A stretch of 55,254 nt of DNA from an uncultured Sangeribacter sp. (GTDB lineage: Bacteria > Bacteroidota > Bacteroidia > Bacteroidales > Muribaculaceae): positions 1-55,254 of the forward strand of contig CAZXGU010000001.1 of assembly GCA_964640375.1 (NCBI GenBank), written 5' to 3'. The notes under the pieces are model-generated. The model had not been told where the DNA came from. It saw nothing but the letters and a program-made list of their open reading frames with translations, and ran no database searches. How positions within the stretch are numbered: the first letter of the stretch is position 1; each line of letters starts with the position of its first letter. Made by a program: the position numbers and the translations under genes. Shown here in pieces: positions 37,238 to 48,833 of this stretch.

Positions 37238-38629
37238 ATGAATACATTATTCGACAAGATATGGGATTCTCATGTGGTTCAGAATGTACCCGATGGTCCC
37301 ACACAGCTTTATATCGATCGCCTTTATTGTCACGAAGTTACCTCTCCACAGGCTTTTGAAGGATTACGCAGAAGGGGAATCAAATGCTTCCGTCCCGAAA
37401 AGATTTTCTGCATGCCTGATCATAACACTCCGACCCACGACCAGGATAAGCAAATAGAGGATGAGGTGAGCCGAACTCAGGTTGAAACCTTGGCTAAGAA
37501 TGCTGAGGAATTTGGTCTCGAGCATTTTGGGATGATGAACCCCAAAAACGGTATTATTCATGTGGTGGGTCCAGAGAGAGGTCTATCTCTTCCCGGCATG
37601 ACTATTGTTTGTGGCGATTCCCACACCTCGACTCATGGTGCAGTGGGAGCTGTGTCTTTCGGAATCGGCACATCTGAAGTGGAGATGGTTATGGCTTCTC
37701 AATGTATCCTTCAGCAGAAACCAAAGTCAATGCGTATAAACATTGAAGGGAAATTGAAAAAAGGGGTCACAGCAAAAGATATGGCTCTTTATCTGATGTC
37801 GAAACTCACAACATCAGGTGCAACCGGATATTTCGTTGAATACGCGGGAGAGGCAGTAAGAAATCTCTCGATGGAGGGTCGCCTCACATTGTGCAATCTT
37901 TCTATTGAAATGGGTGCCCGTGGAGGTTTTGTTGCTCCTGATGAAAAAACATTTGAATATCTTAAAGATCGCGAATATTCTCCCAAAGGGGAGGAATGGG
38001 ATAAGGCGGTGGAATATTGGAAAACGCTTAAGAGCGACGAGGATGCCGTTTTTGATAAAGAACTGACCTTCAATGCAGAAGATATAGAGCCGATGGTCAC
38101 CTACGGCACAAATCCCGGAATGGGAATGGGAATAACAGATTCCATTCCTCAGCTTGACACTATTCCGGAAGAAGGGCGTGAATCTTTCTTGAAGAGTCTC
38201 GACTATATGGGATTTGAACCAGGGCAGAAACTGCTCGACACTCCTGTTGATTATGTTTTCTTGGGGGCATGCACTAATGGTCGCATTGAGGATTTCTACG
38301 CATTCGCTTCTATAGTTAACGGGAGAAAAAAGCATCCTGATGTTACAGCGTGGCTTGTGCCCGGTTCATGGATGGTATATGAGCAGCTTAAACGCGACGG
38401 ACTCGATAAATTCTTTGAGAGAGCCGGCTTTGAGGTGCGTCAGCCCGGTTGCTCGGCTTGTCTGGCAATGAACGATGATAAGATACCGGCAGGCAAATTG
38501 GCCGTATCCACATCCAACCGAAACTTTGAAGGCCGTCAAGGTCCCGGAGCCCGGACCATTCTTGCAAGTCCACTGACAGCTGCCGCCGCTGCAGTGACAG
38601 GAAAAATAACCGACCCTCGAACTCTCTAA
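37238..38629 (+). CDS. leuC: 3-isopropylmalate dehydratase large subunit
   Basis: MNTLFDKIW start, [49 protein letters not shown]. Confidence 0.97.
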   Translation: MNTLFDKIWDSHVVQNVPDGPTQLYIDRLYCHEVTSPQAFEGLRRRGIKCFRPEKIFCMPDHNTPTHDQDKQIEDEVSRTQVETLAKNAEEFGLEHFGMMNPKNGIIHVVGPERGLSLPGMTIVCGDSHTSTHGAVGAVSFGIGTSEVEMVMASQCILQQKPKSMRINIEGKLKKGVTAKDMALYLMSKLTTSGATGYFVEYAGEAVRNLSMEGRLTLCNLSIEMGARGGFVAPDEKTFEYLKDREYSPKGEEWDKAVEYWKTLKSDEDAVFDKELTFNAEDIEPMVTYGTNPGMGMGITDSIPQLDTIPEEGRESFLKSLDYMGFEPGQKLLDTPVDYVFLGACTNGRIEDFYAFASIVNGRKKHPDVTAWLVPGSWMVYEQLKRDGLDKFFERAGFEVRQPGCSACLAMNDDKIPAGKLAVSTSNRNFEGRQGPGARTILASPLTAAAAAVTGKITDPRTL

Positions 38630-38657
38630 TTCTAAAACTCCACAAGAAGATTATTCT

Positions 38658-39248
38658 ATGAAACAGAAATTCGATATCATCAGAAGCAGATGTGTGCCTC
38701 TCCCTCTCGAAAACGTAGATACCGACCAAATTATACCTGCTCGCTTCCTCAAAGCCACAACACGCGAAGAGAGTTTCTTCGGTGAAAATCTTTTCCGTGA
38801 TTGGCGATATAATCCCGATGGAAGTCTGAATAAGGATTTTGTTCTTAACGACCCAACTTATTCGGGAGAAATACTTGTAGCAGGAAAGAATTTTGGAAGC
38901 GGTTCGAGTCGTGAACATGCTGCCTGGGCAATTGCAGGATATGGATTCCGCGTTGTTATCAGCAGTTTCTTTGCCGATATTCACAAAAATAACGAACTGA
39001 ATAATTTTGTGCTTCCGGTGGTGGTGAGTGAAGAGTTTCTTGCCGAATTATTCAAAAGCATAAAGGAAAATCCAGAAATGGAAGTGGAGGTTGACCTTCC
39101 TAACCAGAAAGTTACCAACACAGCCACAGGGCGCACCGAGAATTTTGAAATAAACGGATATAAGAAATACTGTTTGATGAATGCCCTCGACGACATTGAT
39201 TTCCTTCTTGAAAATAAAGAGAAGACTCAAGCGTTCGAGAATGCCTGA
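38658..39248 (+). CDS. leuD: 3-isopropylmalate dehydratase small subunit
   Basis: NVDTDQIIPARFL, NFGSGSSREHA. Confidence 0.97.
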   Translation: MKQKFDIIRSRCVPLPLENVDTDQIIPARFLKATTREESFFGENLFRDWRYNPDGSLNKDFVLNDPTYSGEILVAGKNFGSGSSREHAAWAIAGYGFRVVISSFFADIHKNNELNNFVLPVVVSEEFLAELFKSIKENPEMEVEVDLPNQKVTNTATGRTENFEINGYKKYCLMNALDDIDFLLENKEKTQAFENA

Positions 39249-39250
39249 AT

Positions 39251-40795
39251 ATGAGCTATTCGAGAGAAATTGAGATAATGGACACCACTCTGCGCGACGG
39301 AGAGCAAACAAGTGGTGTGAGCTTTGTGCCTCAGGAGAAACTGATGATTGCGCGAGCCTTGCTGCAGGATCTTAATGTTGATAGGATTGAGATTGCTTCA
39401 GCGCGTGTTTCTGAAGGAGAGAAAGATGCTGTGGGGCGTATTTGTCGATGGGCTTCAAAGGCTGGATATCTCGACAGAGTGGAGGTATTGGGATTTGTTG
39501 ACGACGGCGTCTCCCTTCGGTGGATTCAGGAATGTGGGGGCAGAATCATAAATTTGCTCTGCAAGGGGTCGAGAAATCATTGCGAGAACCAACTCAAAAA
39601 AACACCGGAGGAGCATTTTGAAGATATTCGTCGAAACATTTCAATGGCTCAGGGAATGGGTATTGATGTCAACGTATATCTTGAAGATTGGAGCAATGGA
39701 ATTAAAAATTCTCCCGATTATGTCTATTCCATGATCGAGGCCTTGAAGGATTGCGGAATAAGGAGATTCATGCTACCCGACACTCTTGGAATCCTTAATC
39801 CTCTCGAACTGTTGCTTTTTATTCGAAAGATGGTGAAGAGATATCCTGATCTTCATTTTGATTTCCATGCCCATAACGACTATGACTTGGCTATATCCAA
39901 CGTGCTCGCCGCTGTGTTGGGAGGCTGCCGCGGAATACACACTGCCGTGAATGGTCTGGGCGAGAGAGCAGGGAATGCACCGCTTGCGAGCGTGCAGGCC
40001 ATTCTTAAAGACCAGTTTAATGCCAAGACGGGAATTGTTGAGGAGAAACTGAATGATGTGAGTCGATTGGTGGAGAATTATTCAGGGATACCTATTCCGC
40101 CCAATCGTCCAATCACTGGAGAGAGTGTGTTCACTCAGGTTGCCGGTGTTCATGCCGACGGAGATAACAAGGCAAAGTTATATTATAATGATTTATTGCC
40201 CGAACGTTTCGGGAGGAAACGTGAATATGCACTCGGAAAGAACAGCGGAAAAGCCAACATCCTGCGGAATCTTGAGGAATTGGGACTCGAATTGTCATCT
40301 GAACAGACAAAGAGAGTGACGCAGAGGATTATAGAGCTTGGAGATAAGAAGGAGGTTGTCACTCAGGAAGATTTACCCTATATTGTGGCAGATGTCCTTA
40401 ATCATTCGGCAGGCGAAGAGAGCGTGACATTGGAGAGTTATATGGTGAGCACGGCCTACGGTCTTGAACCCCATGCTTCCATAAAATTAAAAATCAACGG
40501 TAAAATTTATGAGCAGAGCGCGTCGGGAAGCGGACAGTTTGACGCTATAATGCGCGCCGTTAAAAAAATTTATAGGGAGAAGCTTAATCGCCGGTTCCCT
40601 CATCTCTCCAATTATACAGTCTCCATTCCTCCTGGCGGCCGGACAGATGCGTTGGTGCAAACATGTATCACATGGCTTTGGGAGGAGAAAACCTATCGCA
40701 CTCGCGGTCTTGATGCAGATCAGACCGAAGCGGCAATTAAAGCCACTATCAAGATGCTCAACCTTATGGAAAATAATCTTAAGGAGAAAGCATGA
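39251..40795 (+). CDS. cimA: Citramalate synthase (LeuA/CimA family)
   Basis: [32 protein letters not shown]; second LeuA-family gene in the usual Bacteroidales leu operon position. Confidence 0.85.
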   Translation: MSYSREIEIMDTTLRDGEQTSGVSFVPQEKLMIARALLQDLNVDRIEIASARVSEGEKDAVGRICRWASKAGYLDRVEVLGFVDDGVSLRWIQECGGRIINLLCKGSRNHCENQLKKTPEEHFEDIRRNISMAQGMGIDVNVYLEDWSNGIKNSPDYVYSMIEALKDCGIRRFMLPDTLGILNPLELLLFIRKMVKRYPDLHFDFHAHNDYDLAISNVLAAVLGGCRGIHTAVNGLGERAGNAPLASVQAILKDQFNAKTGIVEEKLNDVSRLVENYSGIPIPPNRPITGESVFTQVAGVHADGDNKAKLYYNDLLPERFGRKREYALGKNSGKANILRNLEELGLELSSEQTKRVTQRIIELGDKKEVVTQEDLPYIVADVLNHSAGEESVTLESYMVSTAYGLEPHASIKLKINGKIYEQSASGSGQFDAIMRAVKKIYREKLNRRFPHLSNYTVSIPPGGRTDALVQTCITWLWEEKTYRTRGLDADQTEAAIKATIKMLNLMENNLKEKA

Positions 40796-40843
40796 TAGGG
40801 ATGGGATAATTTGGAAATCATCGAAATTATAAAGAATCATAAT

Positions 40844-41908
40844 ATGGATTTTAAGATTGCAGTATTACCGGGCGACGGTATCGGACCTGAAATTTCAGCT
40901 GTCGGTGTGGATGTAATGACCGCAGTTTGCGAAAAGTTCGGTCATAAGGTTAGTTACGAATATGCCATCTGCGGCGCAGATGCAATTGATAAAGTGGGAG
41001 ACCCTTTCCCTGAAAAAACTTACGAAATATGCCGTGATGCAGATGCCGTTCTTTTCTCTGCTGTGGGAGATCCGAAATTTGATAATGACCCGACAGCTAA
41101 GGTGCGTCCCGAACAGGGTCTGTTGGCTATGCGCAAAAAGCTTGGCCTTTTTGCAAACATTCGTCCCGTTGAAACTTTCAAATGTCTGATTCATAAGTCT
41201 CCCTTGAGAGCGGAACTTGTGGAAGGAGCAGATTTCATCTGTATTCGTGAGTTGACAGGAGGAATGTACTTTGGAGAGAAATATCAAGACGATGAGAAAG
41301 CCTACGACACAAACTACTATACACGTCCTGAAATTGAGCGTATTCTAAAGGTTGGTTTCGAGTATGCCATGAAGCGGCGCAAACACCTTACTGTTGTGGA
41401 TAAAGCCAATGTGCTTGCTTCAAGCCGTCTGTGGAGAAAAGTGGCTCAGGAGATGGAATCTTCCTACCCGGAGGTGAAAACCGACTACATGTATGTGGAT
41501 AATGCTGCAATGAGAATGATTCAAGAGCCAACATTCTTCGATGTGATGGTCACAGAAAACACTTTCGGTGACATTCTGACAGATGAGGGTTCGGTAATCA
41601 GTGGCTCCATGGGATTGCTGCCTTCAGCTTCTACAGGAGAGAGCACTCCGGTGTTTGAGCCAATACACGGGTCGTGGCCGCAAGCTAAAGGACTCAATAT
41701 TGCCAATCCATTAGCTCAGGTGCTTTCAGTGGCTATGCTTTTTGAATATTTCGACTTGAAGAAGGAAGGCGCCTTGATTCGTGAAGCCGTTAATGCTTCT
41801 CTTGATGCTAATGTTCGCACTCCTGAAATTCAGGTTGAGGGCGGAGAGAAATATGGCACAAAAGAGATTGGCGAATGGCTTGTGAATTATATCAAGAACA
41901 AGGCATAA
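40844..41908 (+). CDS. leuB: 3-isopropylmalate dehydrogenase
   Basis: [40 protein letters not shown]; likely start MDFKIAV. Confidence 0.97.
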   Translation: MDFKIAVLPGDGIGPEISAVGVDVMTAVCEKFGHKVSYEYAICGADAIDKVGDPFPEKTYEICRDADAVLFSAVGDPKFDNDPTAKVRPEQGLLAMRKKLGLFANIRPVETFKCLIHKSPLRAELVEGADFICIRELTGGMYFGEKYQDDEKAYDTNYYTRPEIERILKVGFEYAMKRRKHLTVVDKANVLASSRLWRKVAQEMESSYPEVKTDYMYVDNAAMRMIQEPTFFDVMVTENTFGDILTDEGSVISGSMGLLPSASTGESTPVFEPIHGSWPQAKGLNIANPLAQVLSVAMLFEYFDLKKEGALIREAVNASLDANVRTPEIQVEGGEKYGTKEIGEWLVNYIKNKA

Positions 41909-41930
41909 AATAAGAAGGTACAGGAATAAT

Positions 41931-41975
41931 AAAAAATTAAGGGAAGTCCGATACAGTGACTTCCCTTAATTTTTT
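41931..41975. terminator. Bidirectional intrinsic terminator
   Basis: aaaaaattaagggaagtc / gacttcccttaatttttt perfect 18-bp inverted repeat. Confidence 0.9.
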
Positions 41976-42004
41976 ATAATATACTCGTTTGGAAATAATC
42001 CTGG

Positions 42005-43507
42005 TTATTCATCTTCCTCAATCTCTTCATCTTTCACTATATCGGATTTATGCGATTTCAGTCCATGTTTAAGCCAAGCTCCAGAGGCCAGACGCCAGAG
42101 GAAAATTGCGCCACGGAAAGACAATTCGATGCACATGGCCAACCATACACCATTCAACCCCATGGTTCCAGCCATTATAGCAGCCAAGGGAACACGCACA
42201 AGCCAGATGCTTGAGAAGTTCATAATGGCAGGCACCACTGTGTCGCCCACGCCGACCATGACGCCGTAGGCCACGATTGCAGCTGCAAACATCGGTTCGG
42301 CCCATGCTTCTATTCTTAGTGAAGAGGCACCCATATCCTGAATCTCCTTGATAGGGGAGAGGAGTGCCATTACATCAGGCGACCATATCCACAACGCAAC
42401 TCCCATTACGCCCATTACAATCATGCCCAATCCTACGGTTAACCAACCGAATTTCTTTGCAAGATCTTTTCTTCCGGCTCCATAACTTTGTCCGGTAAGA
42501 GTAGTTGCGGCATCTGCGATACCATACCCCGGCATATAGCATAACGCCTCTGCTGTGACAGCAAAGGAATTGGCTGCTATAGCAAACACGCCTAAGGGAG
42601 CCACAATTACGGTAATCATTATCTGAGCCCCGCAAATCACTGCATGTTCTAAAGTCATCGGGGCCGCAACCCTAAGGGCATTATGCAAGACACTTCCCGA
42701 AGGCAGCCATCTTTTAATCTCATGCGTTATCCCTTTTACCTGATTCTCTATCTTATTGGGGATTGTTCGGAATTTCCCTAAGAAAGCGATACTCTTTTCT
42801 CGGGTCGTTGCATACCATAATATAGAAGTCGCAGTCACAGTCTCAGCTGCGACTGTTCCTAAAGCCGCTCCTAAAACACCCAAACCTGCCCCCGGAAGGG
42901 TGAAATGCAAACCGAGTAGAGAGACGTCGTGGGTCGGAAAAATGAGAAAGAGGTTGAACACTACATCAAGGATGCACATCATCACATTCAAACCTCCAGC
43001 CACTACCATATTCCCCGCTGCTCGTAAAGCTCCGCTTCCTAAATAATTGAGCGTTAGAAGCGGCAACGCTCCTACAAAAACAGCAAAATAGAGAGAGGCA
43101 TCATGACAAACTGATTCCGAGCCTCCAAGCCAATGCGGAAGAGGGCTCGCGATTGCCAAGCCTATCAAACCGATGACCAATCCGAAAATAAATGAGCCGA
43201 GAATGCCCTGACGGAATATATCTTTTGCTGAATCATGGTCGGCTGCCCCGATGCGATGTGCAATCTGGACTGAAAAGCCGACAGTGGCCGCTGAGCACAC
43301 TCCCCAAAATAGCCATAGACTTGTTGAAACAAGTCCGACAGCCGCTGAAGGGTCCGCTCCCAATCTTCCGACCATTGCCGCATCGATATATTGCATCAGT
43401 ATGCTCGACAATTGGGCGATGATCGCAGGCCATGCCAGTTTTGCCGTCAGCCCGAGACGTTGACGGAAACTTAATGGCTTGCCTGAAGATATTAACTCTA
43501 TATTCAA
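42005..43507 (-). CDS. MATE-family efflux transporter
   Basis: LAWPAII, IDAAMVGRLG, about 12 TM segments, GVLGAALGT, GLNGVW. Confidence 0.92.
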   Translation of the reverse strand: MNIELISSGKPLSFRQRLGLTAKLAWPAIIAQLSSILMQYIDAAMVGRLGADPSAAVGLVSTSLWLFWGVCSAATVGFSVQIAHRIGAADHDSAKDIFRQGILGSFIFGLVIGLIGLAIASPLPHWLGGSESVCHDASLYFAVFVGALPLLTLNYLGSGALRAAGNMVVAGGLNVMMCILDVVFNLFLIFPTHDVSLLGLHFTLPGAGLGVLGAALGTVAAETVTATSILWYATTREKSIAFLGKFRTIPNKIENQVKGITHEIKRWLPSGSVLHNALRVAAPMTLEHAVICGAQIMITVIVAPLGVFAIAANSFAVTAEALCYMPGYGIADAATTLTGQSYGAGRKDLAKKFGWLTVGLGMIVMGVMGVALWIWSPDVMALLSPIKEIQDMGASSLRIEAWAEPMFAAAIVAYGVMVGVGDTVVPAIMNFSSIWLVRVPLAAIMAGTMGLNGVWLAMCIELSFRGAIFLWRLASGAWLKHGLKSHKSDIVKDEEIEEDE

Positions 43508-43514
43508 TCTATAA

Positions 43515-44687
43515 TTATTCTAAATTCTTTTTTAACCAACCGATTATCCGGTTTAGTCCCTCTTCAAGTCGAGCGTGAGAGGTGGCTATATTGATACGAA
43601 TAAATCCGTCGGCACCATACATTTCACTGCAATTCACCCATACTTTCGCCTCTTTCATCATCCGCTCCTCAATTGTCTTTGCCGGAATGCCTAAGGCCGA
43701 TACATCAACCCATGGAAGATATGTGGCTTCAAGCCGAGCCACCGGACATTGAGGAAGTTCGTTGGCAAATCGACTTTGAAGCATATCATAATTTGCCCAA
43801 AGATATTCACGAAGAGCGCATAGCCATTCATACCCTTCTTCCGAATAAGAGGCTTTCAGTGCAACCGGTCCGAAAGGATTCACGTCGCAAACTTCGTTGA
43901 TATTGACAGCCCGGTTAATTTTATCCTTTATTTCATCAGAGGGTGTAATGATATTTGCTATCTGCAATCCTGCAGTGTTAAAGGCTTTTGAGGGAGATAG
44001 GCAGATAATAGCGTTTCTATCCACTTTCCCGTAGGGGTAATAGTCGAGACCCGGTTTTGTTAGTTCGCAGTGGATTTCGTCGCTAACTACCGTGACATTG
44101 TTTCGCCGACAAATTTCCTCAACTTTCTCCAATTCATGGCGGCTCCATAGCCTTCCAGCCGGATTATGAGGATTACAAAGCAGCATCAAATGAACATCAT
44201 CGCGGGATGCCGCCCTCTCAAGTGCCTCGAAATCCATGAGATATGAGAAGGTTCCATCATTTGAATCCACTCTTTGAAGAGGCGCCTTCACTATCTTGCA
44301 TCCATTATTTCTGATGGAAGAGAAGAAACAGTTATAAACCGGTGTCTGCACAATAACGCCACTTCCTTCCGGTGCCAAGGCTTTGATGATAGCTGAAATA
44401 GCAGGAACCACTCCCGGCACTGCAATCACTGCATCGCGTTCAAAGAAATAATCATGGCGGGAGGCAAACCATTCAGTAAGGGCGTGGTAATAAGAATCAT
44501 CGAGGAGGGTATATCCAAATACACCATGCGCCACTCTCTTTTCAAGAGCTTGAATCACATTCGGTGCCGTTTTAAAATCCATATCCGCCACCCACAATGG
44601 GATTACTTCGGAATCCGGAGCCTCATCCCATTTCATACACCCCGTCCCTCTGCGGTTAGGAGTGATATCAAATAGATTCATATCCAT
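43515..44687 (-). CDS. MalY/PatB-family PLP enzyme (cystathionine beta-lyase-like)
   Basis: LWVADMDF, GVFGY, LCNPHNPAGR, SDEIH, SPSKAFN. Confidence 0.93.
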   Translation of the reverse strand: MDMNLFDITPNRRGTGCMKWDEAPDSEVIPLWVADMDFKTAPNVIQALEKRVAHGVFGYTLLDDSYYHALTEWFASRHDYFFERDAVIAVPGVVPAISAIIKALAPEGSGVIVQTPVYNCFFSSIRNNGCKIVKAPLQRVDSNDGTFSYLMDFEALERAASRDDVHLMLLCNPHNPAGRLWSRHELEKVEEICRRNNVTVVSDEIHCELTKPGLDYYPYGKVDRNAIICLSPSKAFNTAGLQIANIITPSDEIKDKINRAVNINEVCDVNPFGPVALKASYSEEGYEWLCALREYLWANYDMLQSRFANELPQCPVARLEATYLPWVDVSALGIPAKTIEERMMKEAKVWVNCSEMYGADGFIRINIATSHARLEEGLNRIIGWLKKNLE

Positions 44688-44697
44688 ATTTTTCCGT

Positions 44698-45540
44698 TTA
44701 TTTTACAATTATCTTGCAGTCGGCAGGCTGCTTCACATTCTCGTCCAAAATAATCTCTCCATATCCCTTTGGTTCAATCACTCCGGAAGTAGGATTCTTC
44801 ACAGATGTTATCGTCGAGTTGACATCGGCATGCAATGTGCTCTCCTCGAAAGCGAGGTCGCAATCTTCTGCCATGGTGCAATTCTCCATAATAAGATTGT
44901 CGCAATAGCAGAGAGGCTGGGTGCCTGAAATCTTGCAGTTGATGAGATGAAGATTCTTTGAATGCCAACCGAGATATTCTCCATTTATTTCAGAGTCGAT
45001 AACAGTCACATTTTCAGTATTCCAGAAAGCATCCTTAGAATTGATAGTGGCATTTCTGATCACAACATTTTTGCAATACTGGAAAGAGTAATTTCCATTC
45101 TGATGATAATCATCTATCTCTATATTCTCGCAGTGCATGAAGATATAATCCGCTTTCGCAACCTCCACTTTATGCAGAGAAATATTGCGGCAATGCCATA
45201 GCGTTTCCTCTGCATTGGGAAGCTTAACGGAATCAAGGATAATACCCGACATTTCCCGGAACATTTTTGGAGCCTCCACTAAAGTGTTTGTCATTTGAAG
45301 ATGATTTGAATACCATAAGGCAGCTCTTGCTCCTTCTGTAAAAAGTGAGTCTCTGATTATGAATCTATCCACATGCCAGAAAGGGTATTTCCCCTCAAAA
45401 CGGCAATCAATAGCTTCGATATCAGAACATTCCTTCAATGCTGATTCCCCGGCATGAATGGTAACGTTGACAAGTTTAAGATCGTGTGATGCAAATAGAG
45501 GGCGTTCCCCTCCAAATTCAGTGTTTTCAATGGTTTTCAT
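44698..45540 (-). CDS. DUF3737-family beta-helix protein
   Basis: GGERPLF, GESALKE, GKYPFWH, KDAFW, GEYLGW, GTQPLCY. Confidence 0.9.
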   Translation of the reverse strand: MKTIENTEFGGERPLFASHDLKLVNVTIHAGESALKECSDIEAIDCRFEGKYPFWHVDRFIIRDSLFTEGARAALWYSNHLQMTNTLVEAPKMFREMSGIILDSVKLPNAEETLWHCRNISLHKVEVAKADYIFMHCENIEIDDYHQNGNYSFQYCKNVVIRNATINSKDAFWNTENVTVIDSEINGEYLGWHSKNLHLINCKISGTQPLCYCDNLIMENCTMAEDCDLAFEESTLHADVNSTITSVKNPTSGVIEPKGYGEIILDENVKQPADCKIIVK

Positions 45541-45787
45541 ATATTTCTTTAAAATAATTCCTTAACAAATTTACAGAATTCTATTAATAGAAACAACTTC
45601 TATTGTTAATAACAATTGAAAATGGTTGAAACTTCTTGAAAAAAGATAAAAAAAGGTTTGAAAAGATTGGGTCTGTTCTTTGTATAGTGTAGGAATAGTA
45701 TTAATTTTGCAAGTCAAAACAAAAACAGGAGTTAAATGCCGAGAAAATAAGTTTTCAGGCATGTTTTCCGAATAATTCTATATTCAG

Positions 45788-47281
45788 ATGGTATTTTCTG
45801 ATCTATTTTTTATTTTTGTCTTTCTTCCGGCCTTTGTGGTGCTTTATCTGTTAGCTGCATGGATTGATAAGAAAGTGTTGTTTCGCGAGAAAGAGGGCAC
45901 GATATTATTTGATGAAGATCCGGAGAAAGCCGGCTTGCAACATCCCGGATTCCGGGCAAGGAATATTGCGCTTGTAATCTTTTCCCTGATTTTTTATTCA
46001 TGGGGGGAGCCGGTCTATATCTTTTTGATGATTGCCTGTGTGATCCTCAATTATTTTAGCGGATTGGCAATTGCGAGAGCTCGTAAGGCTTCAAAATTTT
46101 TTCTTATTTTAGGATTGATATTAAATATTGCTATCTTAGGCACATTTAAATATCTCGGTTTCTTCAATGACGCCTTGCAATCCATTGGCCTCAATCTCGG
46201 AGCTCCTAAATTGGCATTGCCTATTGGTATCAGTTTCTATATCTTCCAGTCGATTTCATATTTGGTGGATGTCTATCGAAAAGAATCTCCAGCCCAGAAG
46301 AACTTTTTCGATCTGTTGCTTTACATCTCCATGTTCCCTCAGTTGATAGCAGGCCCGATTGTGAGATATGGCACGGTGGCCCATGAGATTCATCATCGTC
46401 ACATTTCTGCAAATGATTTCATGGAAGGCTCCTATAGATTTTTCATAGGCTTGGGCAAGAAGGTGATATTAGCCAATATGCTATCAGAAATCGCAACCCA
46501 GTTCTTAGCCGACGGAGTTGAGAATCTCTCCATTTGGGGGGCTTGGATTGGGATGTTTGCTTTTGCGCTTCAAATATATTTCGATTTCTCCGGTTATTCC
46601 GACATGGCGATAGGTATGGGACGTGCAATGGGTTTCCATTTCAACGAGAACTTCAATCATCCATATTGCTGCGACTCTGTAACTGATTTCTGGCGCCGCT
46701 GGCATATCTCGTTAGGGTCTTTCTTTCGCGATTACACTTATATCCCAATGGGTGGGAATCGACGTCATCAGATGCTAAATCTGCTCACTGTGTGGTTCCT
46801 TACCGGTATGTGGCACGGTGCAAGCTGGAATTTCATTATTTGGGGTCTATATTTCGGCTTGATTTTGGTAATAGAGAAATATGCTATCTTTAAGGTGAGA
46901 CGGTGGATTCCCTCTTTCGTAATGCATATTTATGCGTTGACGATAGTGGTGATAGGTTGGGGCATATTTTATTTCGACAACTTCGACAATATGAAGTTAT
47001 GGTTCAGTTCAGCTTTCGGGCAGAAAGAACTTTCTTTCACAATTGTTGAAGAGACGGCGCTCACCGATAATTTCTGGTTATGGGTCGTTGCCTTGATATT
47101 CTGTATTCCTTTGCGAAGATGGATTGAGACCGGATTCAACAAGCTTTTGCCTAAGCATCCGGCTGGAGGAAATTATATAGACGCCACTCTAAAGGCATTT
47201 GCTTCGGTCATTATTTTAGTTTTATGTGTTGCTTTGCTTGTTGGGGCGACCAATAACGCCTTTATCTACACCCGTTTCTGA
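45788..47281 (+). CDS. MBOAT O-acyltransferase (AlgI/DltB-like)
   Basis: LPIGISFYIFQ, FPQLIAGPIVR, QIYFDFSGYSDMAIG, FWRRWHISL, GMWHGA, FIY.RF. Confidence 0.95.
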   Translation: MVFSDLFFIFVFLPAFVVLYLLAAWIDKKVLFREKEGTILFDEDPEKAGLQHPGFRARNIALVIFSLIFYSWGEPVYIFLMIACVILNYFSGLAIARARKASKFFLILGLILNIAILGTFKYLGFFNDALQSIGLNLGAPKLALPIGISFYIFQSISYLVDVYRKESPAQKNFFDLLLYISMFPQLIAGPIVRYGTVAHEIHHRHISANDFMEGSYRFFIGLGKKVILANMLSEIATQFLADGVENLSIWGAWIGMFAFALQIYFDFSGYSDMAIGMGRAMGFHFNENFNHPYCCDSVTDFWRRWHISLGSFFRDYTYIPMGGNRRHQMLNLLTVWFLTGMWHGASWNFIIWGLYFGLILVIEKYAIFKVRRWIPSFVMHIYALTIVVIGWGIFYFDNFDNMKLWFSSAFGQKELSFTIVEETALTDNFWLWVVALIFCIPLRRWIETGFNKLLPKHPAGGNYIDATLKAFASVIILVLCVALLVGATNNAFIYTRF

Positions 47282-47283
47282 TT

Positions 47284-48825
47284 ATGACACCTGCCAAATT
47301 ATATATATGGATTGTATCAATAGCTTTTGCGGCCTTGACAGCTGTGATGCTATTGATGCCACGCACGAAATATTCCGAGCTTGAGAAACGTGATCTTGCC
47401 GAGTTTCCCGAGTTCTCAACCGATAAACTTGCTGATGCAAGCTATGCAAAAGAGATTTCCGGCTGGTTTAGCGACACCGAACCTTTCAGAGATGAATTCA
47501 TGTCGGCAAGCATGAAGATTAAAGATCTTATCCGGTTCTCCTTTTCAGATGAGGAGGAAACAATCTCATTTCATAAAGGCGATGCAAAGCCTTCGCTCCC
47601 TGCTCCTCCCGACAATGCAACAGCAGCGGAATTGGAGGAATATGAGAATCATATCAATGCTGATGAAAACGCTAAGATTGGAGGTTCGGGTATTATCATC
47701 GTGGGTAGCGGCAAAAATGTCAGGGCGTTAAATGCTTTTGGAGGCTCGGCCTCGGGCGGTGTTGAATTTGCTAATGCAGTGAGTCAATACCAGAAGGAAC
47801 TCCCGGGCGTGAAGGTTTATGCTATGGTTATTCCTCTCTCGTCGGAATTTTACACCCCCGACAAAGCCAAAAGCGTGACTAAACCCCAACAGCCCTTTAT
47901 TAAGAATATCTATTCTCATTTGGCCAACGGAGCAAGGGGGGTGAATGCCTATAATGCTCTTGCCGATCATGTGGAGGAGGATATTTATCTGCGCACCGAC
48001 CATCATTGGGCTCCTTTAGGAGCTTATTATGCCGCAAAGGAATTTGCATCCACGGCTGGAGTGCCATTTAAACCTTTGTCCTCCTATACAAAGAATGTGA
48101 TTCATAATTTCGTCGGCTCGATGTATGGGTATTCTAATGATATTGCAGTCAAGAATGCTCCGGAAGACTTCGTCTATTACACTCCGAATGGAATAGATTA
48201 TTCCACAACTTATTGGATTTATGACGTCAACAAAGATTATAAGGTTACGCGTGAACGTGCTCCTATCGAGTCTTCTTATTTTGTGAAATTCCACGATGGT
48301 AGTGGCGCCGCATATTCCACCTTTATGGGGGGAGATCAAAAGTTGACACGAATTAAGACAGGAGCAAAGACAGGGCGTAAGCTTATTGTGATTAAAGACA
48401 GCTACGGCAATGCGCTGCCTGGATATCTCTTCTATTCGTTTGATGAGATTCATGTAATCGACTTCCGTTATTTCACTCGCAACATGAAGAAGTATGTTCG
48501 GGATAACGGCATCACCGACCTCGTTTTCTGTGTAAATGTGTTCAATGCGTATTCTTCAAGTGTGGCCAATAAAATCACAAATTTCTTGCGGCAGAACGAC
48601 GGAACAGTTGCTTCGCCCGACTCAGATAAAAAGCCGGCAGAAGTTAAGGGACCAAGTCAGGAACCACGTCGGGAAAACGCTCCGGTAAAAGAAGAGAACA
48701 AGACTCAACCGACTCCCGAAAAGAGATCTGAAACGCCGGCAACAGAGCCTAAATCAGATCTCTCGCCTTCCCAACCGGAAGTGCCTGCAAAGGAGCCTCC
48801 GGTCCAACCTGGTGAGAGCTTCTAA
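47284..48825 (+). CDS. DHHW-family (AlgJ/AlgX-like) O-acetyltransferase with Pro-rich tail
   Basis: N-terminal TM, SELEKRDLA, YLRTDHHW..LGAY, IKDSYGN. Confidence 0.88.
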   Translation: MTPAKLYIWIVSIAFAALTAVMLLMPRTKYSELEKRDLAEFPEFSTDKLADASYAKEISGWFSDTEPFRDEFMSASMKIKDLIRFSFSDEEETISFHKGDAKPSLPAPPDNATAAELEEYENHINADENAKIGGSGIIIVGSGKNVRALNAFGGSASGGVEFANAVSQYQKELPGVKVYAMVIPLSSEFYTPDKAKSVTKPQQPFIKNIYSHLANGARGVNAYNALADHVEEDIYLRTDHHWAPLGAYYAAKEFASTAGVPFKPLSSYTKNVIHNFVGSMYGYSNDIAVKNAPEDFVYYTPNGIDYSTTYWIYDVNKDYKVTRERAPIESSYFVKFHDGSGAAYSTFMGGDQKLTRIKTGAKTGRKLIVIKDSYGNALPGYLFYSFDEIHVIDFRYFTRNMKKYVRDNGITDLVFCVNVFNAYSSSVANKITNFLRQNDGTVASPDSDKKPAEVKGPSQEPRRENAPVKEENKTQPTPEKRSETPATEPKSDLSPSQPEVPAKEPPVQPGESF

Positions 48826-48833
48826 TTTCTTTG

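Noticed and set aside
39251-40795. Second leuA-like gene as a novel duplication
   Set aside because: The leuA-leuC-leuD-cimA-leuB order is standard in Bacteroidales.
35766-44928. Long antisense or alternate-frame ORFs over the leu, MATE and malY genes (e.g. 35887-36585, 38388-38984)
   Set aside because: Shadow ORFs of well-conserved genes, with no motifs of their own.
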